Positions 12,345 to 27,094 of a stretch of 64,000 nt of DNA are shown one piece after another (the stretch's first letter is position 1; every line of letters starts with the position of its first letter). The stretch is from contig CM059452.1 in assembly GCA_030390025.1 (NCBI GenBank), positions 8,618,001-8,682,000 on the forward strand, given 5' to 3'. A program made the translations under genes and the position numbers. Origin of the DNA: Squalus acanthias. Taxonomy: Eukaryota. Below the pieces are notes generated by a model. The model did no database searches. It worked only from the letters and a program-made list of their open reading frames with translations, and was not told the DNA's origin.

Positions 12345-13236
12345 TGTCGCTGGCCGCTCTGTAAAAGGGGGGTTGGATATTTGAAGACCCCCGTTCTAAT
12401 TCCCGCCCTGAATAATCTGCTGTCGTGCCTCAGGATGCTCTCACCTCACTTCCTGGTGTCCCAAGTGGTGCTGTGAGACCGGTAGGTGGTGAGCTGGCTG
12501 CCAGTGAATGGAAACACCCCAAGCTGGGCTACAGCCAGTGTCCTTATAGGGGAATGGTTCCGCTTTTAGAGAATGGGAACGGAATGAAACTCTTGTCTGG
12601 TTATTGTAACCCAGAAGCTCAGCGATTGTTAATGGTGACAGAAAACATTCCAGCACCAAAGAGACATTCTGAAGGGCAATGGACATTGGGAGAACTTTGT
12701 GCTTGGGGCTTGTTTTAAAGAGCACAATCGCTACATTGTGAAATCTGTTCATTGTGTGTAAACTGTCTCTGAGCCAGCAACATACTCTGATCAAATAAAC
12801 CCTGTGTACAGGCCGCGATCAAAGAGCTTGGGAAACTGACAGGGGAGATGTGTAAAGGGCTGCACAATACTGCAGGCATCAAAGGACAAAAGAGGAGTTA
12901 AGGGTCACAGACGGATTTTTGATGTTCATTTTTATTATAAATGCGAGTTGCAATCATAAACTAATATAATTCCTGACCTCACCTGCTCTTGCTGAGTGTT
13001 ATAATTTGTTGAAAGTTTAAGAATCTCCCCGCGGCTCTCATTATGGAGACTGAATTATTACTTCTGCTTATCGCTGTGAGAGCAGAAGTCCGGATTATAT
13101 TGGCAGCCTTTTACAGATGGCGCTGGTTGAACTGCTCCTGATGTCCTATGTGGACAGTGAAAAGGTGTTCCTAGTGCTGGTGTGAATGCTACTAATTAAG
13201 AAAGGGATTAACTGATGATTTAAATAATTTTTACAG

Positions 13237-13365
13237 GTAAAATCCAACGGAGTTCGGTAACGCAGCCTCAACATGAGATGAAGGTATACGAAGGAGATAA
13301 TTCTCAATTGAACTGCAATTATAATACCAGTTCGGATGATCCGGATTGTTACTGGTACCGGCTGG
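13237..13365 (+). pseudogene. TCR V 5' fragment (FR1-CDR1-start of FR2)
   Basis: ttacag|(G)KIQRSSVTQPQHEMKVYEGDNSQLNCNYNTSSDDPDCYWYR; similar to the V at 16325; truncated near a CR1 3' end. Confidence 0.8.
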
Positions 13366-13409
13366 AGGGAAGAGTGAAATGCCAAATGGAAATCCCATAC
13401 AGGGCAGTT

Positions 13410-15910
13410 TAGGAACATCGGAACAGGTGTAGGTCATTTAGCCTCTCGAGCCTGTTTCGCCATTCAATGAGATCATGGCTGATCTGTGACCTAACTCCAT
13501 ATACCCGCCTTTGCCCCATATCCCTTAATACCTTTCGTTAACAAACATCAATGAATCTCATGTTTAAAATTAATAATTAACCTACCATCAATTGCCATTT
13601 GCGGAAGAGAGTTCCAAACTTCTGCCAAACTTTGTGAGTAGAAGTGCTTCCTAACTTCACTCCTGAACGGCCTGGCTCTAACTTTTATATTTTGTCTCCT
13701 AGTCCTAGATTCCCCACCCAGCGGAAATAGTTTATTTCTATCCACCCATCAGTTCCCCTAAATATCTTGAAAACTTTAATCAAATCACCCCTTAACCTTA
13801 TAAATTACAGGGAGTACAGCCCTAGTTTGTGCAATCTCTCACCGTAATTTAACCCTTGGAGTCTGGGTATCATTCTGGTAAACCTGCGCTGCACTCCCTC
13901 CAAGGCCAATATATCCTTCCTAAGGTGTGGTGCCCAGAACTGCACACAATACTCCAGGTATGGCCTAACCAGGGCTTTGTATAGCTGTAGTATAACTTCT
14001 ACCCACTTATTTTCTAATCCTCTAGATATAAAGGCCAGCATTCCATTAGACTTTTGTTTATTTTCTGTACCTGTTCATGACATTTTAATGATCTATGCAC
14101 ATGGACCCCCAAATGTCTTTGGACCCGCACTGTTGCTAGCTTTTCACAATTTATAAACTACTCTGTTCTGTCCGTTTCAGGTCCAAAGTGGACGACCTCA
14201 CATTTGCACACTTTGAAATGCATTTGCCACAGGTTTACCCATTCGCTTAATCTATGAATATCTCCTTGTAATTTTATGCTTCCATCTACACTGCTTACAA
14301 TGGCGGCTATCTTTGTGTTATTGGCAAAATTGTGGTTTTCTATCTATCGCATCATCTAAGTCGTTAATAAATACGGTGAATAGTTGAGATGCCAAGTGAT
14401 CCTTGCGAGACACCACTAGTCACATTCTGCCAATTAAGGTACCTGCCTATTAGCCCCACTCTCTGTCTCCTGCCGCTCAGCCAATTTCCTAACCAGGTCA
14501 TAATTTGCCTTCACTTCCATGAGCTTCAACTTTAACTAACAGTCTCTTATGACGGAGTTTATTAAATGCCTTCTGGAAGTCCATATAAATAACATCCATA
14601 GACATTGCCTGTCCATTAATTTAGTCACCGCCTCAAAAATGCAATCAGATTCGTCGGGCATGACCTACCCTTTATAAATCCATGTTGGTTCTCTCTGATC
14701 AGCTGAAAGTTTTTCAAGGTGTTCAGTCACTCTATCCTTAATTATAGACTCCAATAATTTTCCGGCAACAGATGTTATGCTAACTGGTCTATAATTCCCT
14801 GGTTTCCCTCTCCCACCTTTCTGAAATAGCGGAGTGATATGCAACAATTTTCGAATCTAAAGAAACGGTTCCCGAATCGAGAGAACTTTGGAAGATTATA
14901 GTTGGGGCATCTGCAATGTTCTCATCTACTTCCTTTAAACCCCTGACTTGGAAACCATCTGAACCTGGGGATTTGTCACTCTTTAGTGCCATCATTTTCT
15001 TATGATATAATTGAAGAAAAATTGTGTTGATTTTTATATCTCTTGCAGGTTTATTTTCATACTTCCTTTTATTTATAGCTCTTTCTATCTGCTTGTCACA
15101 TTTTGTTGTTCTTTGTATCTCTTCCAGTCTCCAGGATCTGTGCTTGTTCTAGTTTTTGTGTATGCCCTTTCTTCTAGTTTTATGTTGTCCCTTACATCAT
15201 TAGTCGTCCATGGCTGGTTTTTGGCAAGTAGAACTTTTGCCCCTTAGAGGTATAAACTTATTTTGTTTCGCAGTAAATTCTTTTTGAAACAACTCCCACT
15301 GATCTTCTGTCGTTTCACCCATTAATAGAGTTGTCCAGTTTACTGTGGACAGTCTCTGTTTCATTGCATTGAAGTCAGCCTTACATAAATCTACAATCTT
15401 AGTAGCTGTTTCACGTTTCTTCCATTCAAACACTACGATGAACGCGATCATATTATGATCGCTATTAGATAAATGTTCATGCACCGTTAGGCTGGCTCAT
15501 TGCTCATTGCTAAAGCTAATATGGCCTGCCCCCTTGTTGGTTCTAGGACATACTATTGCAGAAAACTATCCTGAACACAGTCAAAAAATTCACTACCTTT
15601 CTGACATGAGCTAGTCTGCTTATCCCAATCTATATGAAAGTTCAAATCCCCCATTAAAACCACTCTGTCTTCGCTACATGTTTGTCTAATCTCTGCATTT
15701 ATACATTCTACCACTTCACAGCTTCAACTGGGGGTGGGGGGTGGGGGGCTATACACAAATCCCACTACAGCCTTAAATCCATTTTTATTTCTTAATTCTA
15801 CCCATTAGTCTCCACTGCCTGCTTACCTCTCGTTATATCCTCCCTTATCATTGAAGTTATTTCATCCTTAATCACTAATGCTACTCCTCAACCTCTACCA
15901 TTTCCCCTAA
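13410..15910 (-). mobile_element. CR1 LINE, degenerate EN+RT
   Basis: ORFs 13548-13745, 13805-14041, 14665-14995, 15200-15484. Confidence 0.9.
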
Positions 15911-16190
15911 TCTGTGCCTCTCCTCCTTTAATCTACTGAGCGACATTCTGAGTGATGCGGTCGTATGACGTAGTAGGAAGTAGATAAACTATATCTGACG
16001 AGATGTTGAAATGCTGTTACCCAATTATTGAATTCGTTACTTTTACCAGAAACAGAATTGCACGAGATACCTCTCACCTTCTGTTATCCCTTCCTGTCGA
16101 ACACTTACTCACTTTACTCAGTATAATTTATTGCAACAGTAAATAGAGCTGCTAATCCAAGGGATTGTTGGTGAAGATACAATAGAGCCC

Positions 16191-16628
16191 ATGTCGTACC
16201 GTCACCTCATTATATTGTGCCTGGTGTTCGGTAGGTATGGCCAGGCCTTGTGTCTGTTTGCACTAATGTGATGTTAATAGACTTTCTACCTCAGTATTGT
16301 ATTCAAATTTAACTTTTATTTCAGGGGAGATTCAGGCAGATTCGGTGTCACAACCTCAGACCGCGCTGTATGTCACTGAAGGAGATGCTGTGAAAATAGA
16401 CTGTAGCTACACAACAAGCTACAGTAACCCCGATCTGTACTGGTACCAGCAGCACACGAACCAGGCTCCGCGATTTATTTTGTACCGGGATAACAGCAGG
16501 AAAAAGGATGCGGATTTTGCCAAGGGAAGATTCGAGGCCGACCAGACCAACGCAGAAAAGAAGTTTCCTTTAACGATCACTCGAGCGGAAATCCAGGACA
16601 CCGCCGTATATTACTGCGGGCTGAGAAT
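16191..16628 (+). CDS. Intact TCR alpha/delta-type V segment (leader 16191-16230, V exon 16325-16628)
   Basis: MSYRHLIILCLVF-GEIQADSVSQPQ..KIDC..LYWYQQ..GRF..DTAVYYCGLR; canonical splice sites; TGACGT half-CRE at 15966. Confidence 0.93.
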
Positions 16629-16667
16629 CACAGTGTTTTAAAACTCATCTGTCACTGTACAAAAACC
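16629..16667 (+). other. Perfect 23-RSS CACAGTG-23-ACAAAAACC
   Basis: Exact consensus heptamer and nonamer. Confidence 0.97.
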
Positions 16668-16717
16668 TCTGCGGCAGATGGTGCCTCCAGTTCAAGGGAA
16701 CACACCCGTGTCTGTAA

Positions 16718-17090
16718 GTGTCAGCAGTGGTTCAGCGGCATTCTCGGCACTGAGTGGGAAGACATGGGTTCAAGTCCAACTCCAGAGAATCGAGGCTGAC
16801 ACTCCCAGCGCAGTACTGAGGGAGCGCTGCACTCTCAGAGGTGCCGTCTTTCGTGTGAGACGTTAAAGGGAGGTCCTGCCTGCCCTTTCAGGTGGATGTA
16901 AAAGATCCCACGGAATTATTTCGAAGTATAGCAGCGGAGTTCACCCCGGTGTCCTGGGCCAATATTTATCCCTAAACCAACATCACTCAAATCAGATTAT
17001 CACATTGCTCTTTGTGGAAGCTTGTTGTGCACATTTTGTCTGCCGCGTTTCAACAGTGACGACACTTCAAAGTTACTTCAATGGCACTTT
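16718..17090 (+). mobile_element. tRNA-derived SINE with Deu-domain-like core
   Basis: B-box-like GGTTCAAGTCC; core ggtggatgtaaaagatccc...ccccggtgtcctgggccaatatttatccct; related copies at ~20275-20550(-), 20930-21030(-), 21300-21480(-), 22860-23050(+), 39970-40390(-). Confidence 0.7.
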
Positions 17091-19789
17091 ACAATGTGTG
17101 GGACAGGCTGGATGGACCTTTCCTATCTATCATTGTTCATATATATAGCATATTAAATATCGCAACTCCCGGGGCGGTCTCACTTCCAGACTCTCCCATA
17201 TGTTGTCAATTATTTGACAAGGCCTCGCGCCTGGCCAATGGGGCACTGCATCTTTCAAGGCAGCGGATTGGAGGCTCTTTGCAACAATCCGCGAACAGTA
17301 CTTGAACCCAGACCCTTAAAGGCTCTCGGCTGCTGAGTGTGCAACATAGGCTGAACCCAGAGCCGCTCCATTTAAGCTAATTTAGCTTCATTAAGCCGCA
17401 CAATCTCACTGTTCAATTCTCTCTTTACCCACATCCTGCAAAACAGGGCTTTTGTTGACCTAGTTTTTTGGCAAAAAAACCCGAAGACCGCAGGATGTCA
17501 GTTGTACTGACATAAAATCATTCCATGATGAAATGTGTGAGTTTAACCGAGTTCCTCTTGCGGTTGGTAACCCTGAGCAACGGTTTCCATCTAGTGCTTA
17601 TTACAGCAAGTGTAATTTGGCAGTATAATCTTCGATAGTATCAATTATTTTCATTTTTCTGTAACCCTTTTGTGCTGTGTGTGTGAGAGAGTGGGAGAAG
17701 GGGTGTTGTAAAGCGGTGATAACAGTAAAAAAAACCAGAGAGGATAGCAATCCTGGAAATATTACATTCAACCAGAAAGCGCTTGAAATGTAAGAGACAG
17801 TCAACATCTGATAGTGAAGGAGAGGTCAACGCTTTACTGGGAGATCTCAGCGACCAAGAGCTTTTAAGATTCGCTGATGGACCTGCTGCTCAATTCAATA
17901 ATTTTCAGTTATTTATACCATTAATTCGACCCTGGACACTATCGTCAGGTTCAATAGAAGGGAAACCTCTGAAGTAAATAAAATAATTTTCAACAATTTT
18001 ATATCAGTTATTACCCTTCAACCTCAACGTTGATTTCATTTTTCGGGGTGACTCTTTTTCCCGTGTATTCACATATTTTCTGATAAATTTAGCGCGTTTA
18101 CTTTCACCTTAGTGCAGTATTTAGCAGCGGGGGGCCCTTAATCAATTCTCGCTGACACTTTCAGTGAAGCATCAATAACTCTTATCCCGTCGTCCTAGTT
18201 CTAAAGTTCTCCCAATTGTACTGGATGTTTAAATGAAACTGGTTGGTGCAGGTTGTGGTCATTTTCGCATCGTGGACACAGCGAGATAATGCGAAACATC
18301 AGTAGTTACAGCTACTGGGATAGGACTTTAGTAATCTCCAGGGACATTACATGTGGGAACCGGAATAGAAAGAAGTTAGACAAAGAGAGGTAGATAAAAT
18401 ACTTTGATTGATAAATTCCACAAAATACATGTAAATTGAGTAGAAATACTTCTGACCAAAATAAGGAGAGAAAACAGGAATCTAACGGAACGCGACAGAA
18501 CAAAAGATCACCTTAATTTTGAAAGTGTTTTTCCAAGCTATCTGATACCACGTTTTAACATTATTAAAATCTAAAGAATTTCAACACACACGAAGTGAAG
18601 CAAAGCAACATTCACAGTGCTGCAGTCAGTGCACAAACACGAGCAGAAATCTCTGCCTTTAAAGACTAAACTCACAGGCGGTTCACAAATACTGCGGTGC
18701 GGGAAATAATAAGGGCGTTCGACAGAAAAGTGACTGTGGAAAACTCAAAACTGTTCGGCTGTAATTAAAACTATTTATTCCGACAAAGGTTAAAATACAA
18801 TGTGCTTTCTGCCGGTTGTACCACCCTGAGACTCCTGTTTCTGAAAGTCCGGTCATGCCGTTCTGGAGAAGGATCAAAGGAAATCGGAGTAAGTGCAAAA
18901 TCAAGATGTTTGGAGCGTTACTAATGGTTTTTGGGTTATACGTGAATATTGCATTTTCCCATTCTCTTTTTCTCTCTGTCCCTTTCGCTATCTCACTCTT
19001 TCTCTCCCTCTGTTTCTGTCTCTCCTCTCTCTCTGTTTGTGTCTGTCTCTCTGCGTGTGTCTGTGTCTCTTTCTCTATCTCTCTATCTTTCTTTCTCTCT
19101 CTCCAGCGATTCGACGTCAGTTATCATTTGCTTTAAGTGAAGTGTAACGCGCCGTCTACACTCGCAGAGCCACTTCATGTCCTATACAACACCGGTCAGA
19201 TGCAGGGTAAAGCTCCCACTACGCTGTCACACCAAAATCACTGATGTCAGGTATTGCGTGGGTTAAATGCAATGTAAATGTCAATTTACAGCGTGCCATT
19301 AGAGACTCAAATACCGGGTTCAGAAATTTTGGGAAGACAGAGTAGTTTCCTTTAAACTGTCGCAAAATGCACTCATTTGGGTATGTAGAATTCAGAAGTG
19401 CTATTGATTTCCAATTCCCATTGTGTATGTCACTTGAAGAGTGTTGCAATTCAAAGTTTCAGATATCATGTTTAGTTTGTATCCGAGTGCTATGAGCGTG
19501 CAATCATTTAGAAGCACCTCACTTAATCTCAGCTCTCCCAAGACCGACTCATCTGTGCATTTCAAACAATTTTATCTTAAGTGCCACACACGTGCAGTCA
19601 TGAGCACACTGATGACGAGTGTCTTGACCAAGAGCAATCTGATGAAGAGCAGGCACAATCCCATTTCAGTCAACCCTGCCTCGCGGGAGACAGAACAGTG
19701 AGAATAAAACAACGTCAGCCAATATTGAATTGACAACGTATCAACGGAATGTTATTTTCAAAAAGATTCAACACAATCGCATATATTTA

Positions 19790-20060
19790 CACGTGTGTCT
19801 ATCCGTCTGTGTATGTGTGTGCGTGTATTTGTATCTGTGTCTGTGTGTGGGTATATATGTGTATGTGTGTGTCTGTGTGCATATGTGTGTCTGTTTTCTA
19901 TGTGTAATTGTGTATGTCGGTTATCTGTGTGTATGTGTCTTTCTGTGTGTGTGTGTGTATCTATCTGTGTGTTTTATGTATGTGTGGGTATGTGTATCAT
20001 TTATTTGGGAGTATTTGTGTCTGTGCGTATGTCTGTGTGCTTGTCAGTGTGTGTTTCGTA
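19790..20060. repeat. Degenerate (TG)n microsatellite (a (CT)n tract also lies at ~18960-19105)
   Basis: Direct inspection. Confidence 0.85.
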
Positions 20061-23000
20061 CCTACATGCATTTGTTCCCTTCTATGTATAGAAACCCGTA
20101 TATGCTGTTTGTGTTTCCAGATGGATTATTTGCAAAGCACGTTCCATTAATTTCTTGACAATAAGTGGGGGCGGGTAGAAGGAAATTTGAATGTTTAAGC
20201 TCCTCAACGCCTCGTATTACTACAACGCGGGAAGACACAATAAATAAAAGTAGAATGCTGAAAGAAAGAGATTTGAAGTGTAGTCACTGTTGTAATGTAG
20301 GGAAACGCACCAGACAATTTGCGCTCTGCAGGATCTCACTCACAGTAATAGGTTAATGACCAGATATTCTGCTTTTACCTGGTGGTTCATGTCTTAATAT
20401 TGGCCCACGATACCGGGGAGAACACCCTTGCTCTTTTTCGAAATAGTGCCATGGGATATTTTACATCCGCAGAGGGTAGACAAGGCCTCGGTTTAACGTC
20501 TCATCCGAAAGACGGTGCAGCGACGGTGCAGCGCTCCCTCAGTAGGCCCTGTGCTGAAATCCCTGGATTGGGACGTGATAACCAACTCATTCGATATAGT
20601 TAGGGATCCGCTATTATCCGTGGGACGAAATATTCAATTCGACAATTTATTCATTTTATAGCCAATAAAGACCTGAACGCACCCGCGGTCTGTCGCATCC
20701 TCTCGGTTCGCGAATCGATGGATTGATTCCGAGGGATCTTCTCTGAACAGTTCTGCACCTCCGGTCCTAAACAGAAATGCATAAAATATTAACATGATTC
20801 ACAACTTGCTGAGAAATCAAAGAAGAACATATCGACATTCATCAGAGATAGAAAGACTCGCACTTTCACGGCGCTGTATTCCGTCTCCTGGATGAACTTC
20901 AATGGTTTTCCCCAGTCCTGGGTGCCAGTATATAATCTAGGCTGATACTTCGGTACAGGACGGGGCCAAGCGCTGCATTGTCCACGGTGCCGCCTGTCGG
21001 AAAGGTTCAGCCGAGGCCCTGTCGGCCTGTTCAGGTTGGGGTAAGAGGTATCTCGAGGTGTCGGGAGTTGTCCCGCATACCTGACCAACAAGAACCCCTC
21101 GCTCAACGCACTGAAGGCAGTTTAACTGGTTGCTTAACGAACTCTCCCTTTGTGGGACCCGGAAGTGTGAAACACTGACTGCAACAACTGCCAACAAAAC
21201 AGTGACTTCATTTGAAAAGTTAATGCGCGATATGAGCCCTTCTCTCTTCCTCCTGGTGCCCTTTGGTTGTTAAAAACAAATAATTCCATTAATAGCACCT
21301 TTCACCACGTAAGAAAGCGCTTCACAGCCATTGAAGTACTTATGAAATGTAGGAAACGCGGCAGGCAGTTTGCACACAGCAAGCTCCCACAAACAGCAAT
21401 AAGATAAATGACTCGATCATTTTTTTGTGTGATAATGGCTGAGGGATAAATATTGGCCAATACACCGGGGGAAACTGGTCACCAATCCGTCACCAAGCAA
21501 ACTGCGGCTGCGTTGCCGCCCTCAGTCAGAACGCCGCTTGGAGGGAAGAAGAGGTGCGATTTTGTCCAGGAATGTTTGCTGTGCTCTGTAATTGGAATTT
21601 GATAACGTCACTGTCTGACGCATTATTAAAATAGAAATAGAAGAATATATATTAACCTTCACTACCGTTCGAAAACGTACATCTACACAGGACCCGCCAG
21701 ACATAGCAACAGCAACATAAATGTCCGTTTAACCATTGGATTAATATCATTTTCAACAGGACTGCTTTTGGCTCCTGTCCCGCATCATGTGCTTGGTTTT
21801 TAACGCCCGCTGAATTGGCCGAGCAAACAACTTCGTTGTGGAGCAGATCAAATAACCACGGCCCCTAAATGTCAGCCCTGCCGGCGTTGCCATTAAGAAT
21901 CACCGAGTCATACAGAACAGAAGGAGGCCGTGCCTGTGCTGGCACTTTGAAAGAACTATCCAATTAGTCCCAGTCCCTCCTGCCCTTCCCAAAAAGCCCT
22001 GCAAATATTTCCCTTTGAAGTAAACATTAAAATCTATTTTGAAAGTTATTTATTGAATCTGCTCCCATCAGCCTTTCAGGCCATGCATTCCAGATCACAA
22101 CAACTCGCTGCATTAAAAAAACTCAGCTCCTCTCTGGCTGTTTTTCATCTCTGTGCTTACTTTCAACTTGTGTAAATACATCTTTTTCTTAAAAAATGAA
22201 TAAAAAGTAGCTCTTATTCCAAATCTTTTCAGTGGAAAAATGACCAAAAAGCCCTGAATCGCGTTAGTCACATAAGAGAGTGGCTAATGCTGTGCTCTCC
22301 ATAATTCTTGCAATACCTGCAAATATTTTGTTCTTAATCTGGAATTTTAATCCATCCTTCTGTTACCGTCACACAGACTAACCTTACGAAAGCGGCAAGA
22401 TACATACGTTGGAAATAAGCCCAGAGAGTCAGCGGCAATAACACGGTCTTCATTTCAACCGAAACTGTCCCGTGTGCTTGTTCACCGCACGGGCAACGCA
22501 ACTGATGGCGTCTGAAGCGAGCAAAGTGTCGCCTCTCCCGAGCATTGGAATCAGCGAGTGAATCTCGTCTCTACTTCGCCTACGTCAACACTCAAGATCT
22601 CACACCGTGCTCTGCGCTCTTTCCACCTCCGGCTTGTTGTTGCAAGAATTAAAATCTAGGCCCGAATCTCAAGGAGGCCAGAAATGTGAAAGAAAATGTA
22701 AAACGCCAAACACCCAAAGAAAAATCAGTCTCGCTTTCACACGGCCGTTTTGTGCCAGCCTTGTCTTCGAGGCAACACTCTCTCTTCTGAGTCATACGGT
22801 TGCAGAGAACAAGCCGCACTCCAGAGACATGAACACAAAACATGAGCTGATACTTCACCCTCCTTAAACCAAGGCCCAGCCTTTCCTCTCAGGTGGATGT
22901 AAAAGATCCCGCAGAACCATTCGAAGAAGAGCGGAGGGATTTCTACCCTGGTCATGGCAAATATTTATTCCTCAACCGACACTAACAAAAAACAATCTCT

Positions 23001-23337
23001 TATCTGGTCATCATCACATTTCTGTTTGTGGGATCTTGCTCTGCCTTTCGGCACAACGTGTCTTACAGGAACATTGGAAGAGCAGTCGACCATTCAGCCC
23101 CTTTAGCCTGCTCTGCCACTCAATTAGATCATGGCAGATCTGTATTTGAACTCCAGCTACCCTCCTTGGTCCCGTATCACTTAATAACCTTCCCTAACGA
23201 AAGCGTATCAATCAATCTCTGCGAGCAACCAGAAAATAATGCCAATGCCTGTTAAAGCTTTCACTTTCTTATTAATTCGGGGGATGTGGGCGTCGCTGTC
23301 AAGGCCGGCATTTATTGCCAATGCCAAGATGCCCCTT

Positions 23338-24657
23338 ATAGAATCATAGAATCATAGAAAGTTACAGCACAGAAGGAGGCCATTTCGGCCCATCGTGTCC
23401 GCGCCGGCCAACAAAGAGCTATCCAGCCGAAACCCACTTCCCAACTCTTGGTCCGTAGCCCTGCAGGTTAGAGCATCCCAATTGCACATCCAAGTACTTT
23501 TTAAATGTGGTTAGGGTTCCTGCCTCTACCATCCTTTCAGGCAGTGAGTTCCAGATCCCCACAGCCCTCTAGGCGAAAAAATTTCCCCTCAAATCCCCTC
23601 TAAAACTTCCACCAATTACTTTAAATCGGTGCCCCCTGGTTTTTGACCCCTCTGCTAAGGGAAATAGGTCATTTCTATCCACTTTATCTATGCCCCTCAT
23701 AATTTTATACACCTCAATAAGGTCTCCCCTCAGCCTCCTCTGTTCCAAGGAAAGCAGACTCAGCCTATCCAGTCTTTCCTCATAGCTAAGATTCTCTACT
23801 CCCGGCAACATCCTTGTAAATCTCCTCTGTACCCTCTCTAGTGCAATCACATATTTCCTGTAATGTGGTGAGCAGAACTGCACGCAGTACTCTAGCTGAG
23901 GCCTAACTAGTGTTTTATACAGTCGAAGCATAACCCCCCTGCTCTTGTATTCTATGCCACGGCTAATAAAGGCAAGCATTTCGTATGCCTTCTTAACCAC
24001 CATATCTACCTGGCCTGCTACCTTCAGGGATCTGTGGACATGCACGCCAAGGTCCCTTTGTTCCTCTACACTACTCAATGTCCTACCATTTAATGTGTAT
24101 TCCCTTTCCTTGTTAGCGCTCCCCAAATGCATTACCTCACACTTCTCCGGATTGAATTCCATTTGTCACTGTTCTGCCCACCTGACCAATTTATTGATAT
24201 TTTCCAGCAGTCTACAGCTTCCTTCTTCAGTATCAACCGCACAGCCGATTTTAGTATCCTCTGCAAACTTCTTAATCATCCCCCCTATATTCAAGTCTAG
24301 ATCGTTGATATATACCACAAAAAGCCAGGGACCTAGTACTGAGCCCTGCGGAACCCCACAAGAAACAGCCTTCCAGTTACTAAAACAACCATCAACCATT
24401 ACCCTCTGCTTCCTGTCTCCTAGTCAGTTTTGAATCCAACTTGACACTTTGCCCTGGATCCCATGGGCTTTTAACTTCGTGACCAGTCTGCCATGTGGAA
24501 CCTTATCAAAAGCCTTGCTAAAGTCCATATACACTACATCAAACGCACTACCCTCGTCTACCCTCCTTGTTACCTCCTCAAAAATTTCAGTCAAGTTTGT
24601 CAGACCCAACCTTCCCTTAACAAGTCCGTGCTGACTGTCTTTCATTAATCCGTGTCT
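23338..24657 (-). mobile_element. CR1 RT 3' half, apparently nested in an older repeat (23270-23337 / 24658-24900)
   Basis: ORFs 23569-24162, 24166-24399, 24424-24684; (agaatcat)n tail. Confidence 0.9.
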
Positions 24658-24954
24658 TGATGGTGGGCCTTCTACTTGAACCACTGCAGTTCTACTCGTC
24701 CGAGCGGTTTGGTACCACTGAATGGCTTGTCAGGTCACTTCAAAGGACAGTTAAGAGTAAACTATATTGATGTGGGGACTGGCGTCACATATAAACACAG
24801 ACCGGGTAAGGATGGCAGGTTTCCTATCCTAAAGGACATTGGTGAACCAACTGGGTTTTTACAAGAATCCGACACTTTCACGATCACTTTTACTGATACC
24901 AGATTGTTAATAGATACAAAGGTGTGGCTGTGTACATTGAACGATACAAGCAAG

Positions 24955-26145
24955 CAAGGGGTCAAGCAAGGCTGTGTCATCGCACCAACACTCTTCTCGG
25001 TCTGCCTTGCTGCAATGCTCCATCTCATCCTCAGTAAGCTCCCCACTGGAGTGGAGCTAATTTACACAACAAACGGGGAACTGTTCAACCTCCATCACCT
25101 CCAGTCCAGATCCAAGGTCGTCCCATCCTCTGTCGTCGAATTACAGTATGCAGACGACGCTTGCGTCTGCGCTCACTCGGAGGTCGAACTCCAAACAATC
25201 ATCAACACCTTCACCGAAGCGTACGAGAGCATGGGACTTACTCTAAACATCTGTAAGAGAAAGGTCCTCTACCAACTTGCCCCAACCACACAGTACTGCC
25301 CCCCGATTATCAAAATCCACGAGAAGGCCTTGGACAACGAGGACCACTTTCCATACCTCGGGAGCCTATTGTCAACAAGGGCAGACGTCGATGACGAAGT
25401 CCAACACCGCTTTCAGTGTGCCAGTGCAGCCTTCGGTCGCCTGAGGAAGAGAGTGTTTGAAGACCAGGACCTCAAACCCGGCACTAACCTCATGGTCTAC
25501 AGAGCAGCAGTGATACCCGTCCTGCTCTAAGCCTCAGAGACATGGACCATGTACAGCAGGCACCTCAAAGCACTGGAGAGGGACCACCAACGCTGCCTCC
25601 GCAAGATCCTGCAAATCCAAATGCAGGATAGGTGCACCAACGTCAGTGTTCTCGCTCAGGCCGAAATCCCCAGCATCGAAGCTTTGACCACGCTCGATCA
25701 GCTCTGATGGACGGGTCACATCGTCCGCATGCCCGATACGAGACTCCCAAAACAAGCGCTCTACTCGGAGCTCCGGCACGGCAAGAGAGCCCCAGGTGGG
25801 CAGAGAAAACGCTTCAAGGACACCCTCAAAGCCTCCTTGAAAAAGTGTACCGTCCCCACCGACACCTGGGAATCCCTGGCCCAAGACTGCACAAAGTGGA
25901 GGAGAAGCATCCGGGAAGGCGCCGAACACCTCGAGTCTCCTCGCCGGGAGCAAGCAGAAGCCAAGCACAGGCAGCGCAAGGAGCGCAAGTCAACCCAAGC
26001 ACCCCACCCACTCGCCCCGTCATCCACCGTCTGCCCCACCTGTGACAGAGACTGTAGGTCCCGCATTGGACTCATCAGACACTTGCGAACTCATTTTTAA
26101 TGTGGAAGCAAGTCATCCTCAGTTCCGAGGGACTGCCTAAGAAGA
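24955..26145 (+). mobile_element. RTE-clade LINE 3' half with C-terminal C2H2 finger
   Basis: GVKQGCVIAPTLF, LQYADD, FPYLGS, MPDTRLPKQALY, CPTCDRDCRSRIGLIRHLRTHF; in-frame stops. Confidence 0.9.
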
Positions 26146-27094
26146 CAGAGAGAAATCAATCGATGGAGTTAGATAAAGGTCTCAGTGATACCGAAATAAT
26201 CCAACAGATGGAGCGAAGTAAAGGTGAGACTGAGAACAGTGATACAGAGATACAACAACATAGGGGATAGATAAAGGTCAGACTGTAAACACAGACTTCA
26301 GGCTACACAACATCACAAGTGAGCATGGGAATGTTTGGGAATATGTGAATTGTAAAGGGAATGGGGCGATGGGGAGACAAGAGTAGAGGGAAAAGCTCTA
26401 CAGATGGGGAAAATCATCGGAAAGAAGTAATAAAACATAAAGGTAACAAAATAAAGCAAAGGAACTTGTGAAATAGTACAATGATTTCATGAAAGGAAGA
26501 TCTGAACAATGTACCTGTGCAAGTGAGTGAGACCCCCCTCGGTGGATCAGCCCAGGCCATTTCTGTGCTCAGTGCTGAAAAGGTTATCCCCAGGCAGCAA
26601 CCGTTAGACCCTATTACATGAATCTACAAAAAAAATCACACTGACCCTAAACAAGTCACACAACGGAACTACAACCTTTTGAGAAATAGGGCATTGCATT
26701 AACCGCATTCCATAGAGCACTGACCGTATAATATTGCTCAAAACCGTGATCCAGTCAACATATGCGGCATCTTCACCGACTCAGCACTGCTTGGATGATG
26801 TACCATGTTTACCCTAACCATATGTCTCCATCACGGTGACCGTATTGCAGCATATTGAGCAAATCTCAGTGAAGTACAGACTTTACCCGCCCAACTCGTG
26901 AAAATTCATTCTGTGTATGAATTGACTGAATGGAAAGACTCTGGCGAGTGTGGTTAGAAGGAGTGAAGGGCATTTCAATTTGCGACCACAATGTGCAATA
27001 CTCACAGGATATATTTTGATGTGCCAACGATTATAATGACTATATGGCGGTAAACAATGTCATTGTTCATGCTCCTTTTATTTGTGCTGTTCAG

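Noticed and set aside
18907-18942. Leader-like stretch MFGALLMVFGLY|GTGAAT
   Set aside because: Phase 0, with no recognisable V exon downstream.
19730-20158. Cys/Val-rich ORFs
   Set aside because: Products of the (TG)n microsatellite; the same applies to 5127-5658 and 45116-45555.
20789-21197. ORFs that might be an Ig-like exon
   Set aside because: No V or C motifs; the central part is a decayed SINE on the minus strand.
26829-26850. JH-like ccatcacggtgaccgtattgcag
   Set aside because: No WGxG, RSS or splice donor; chance similarity.
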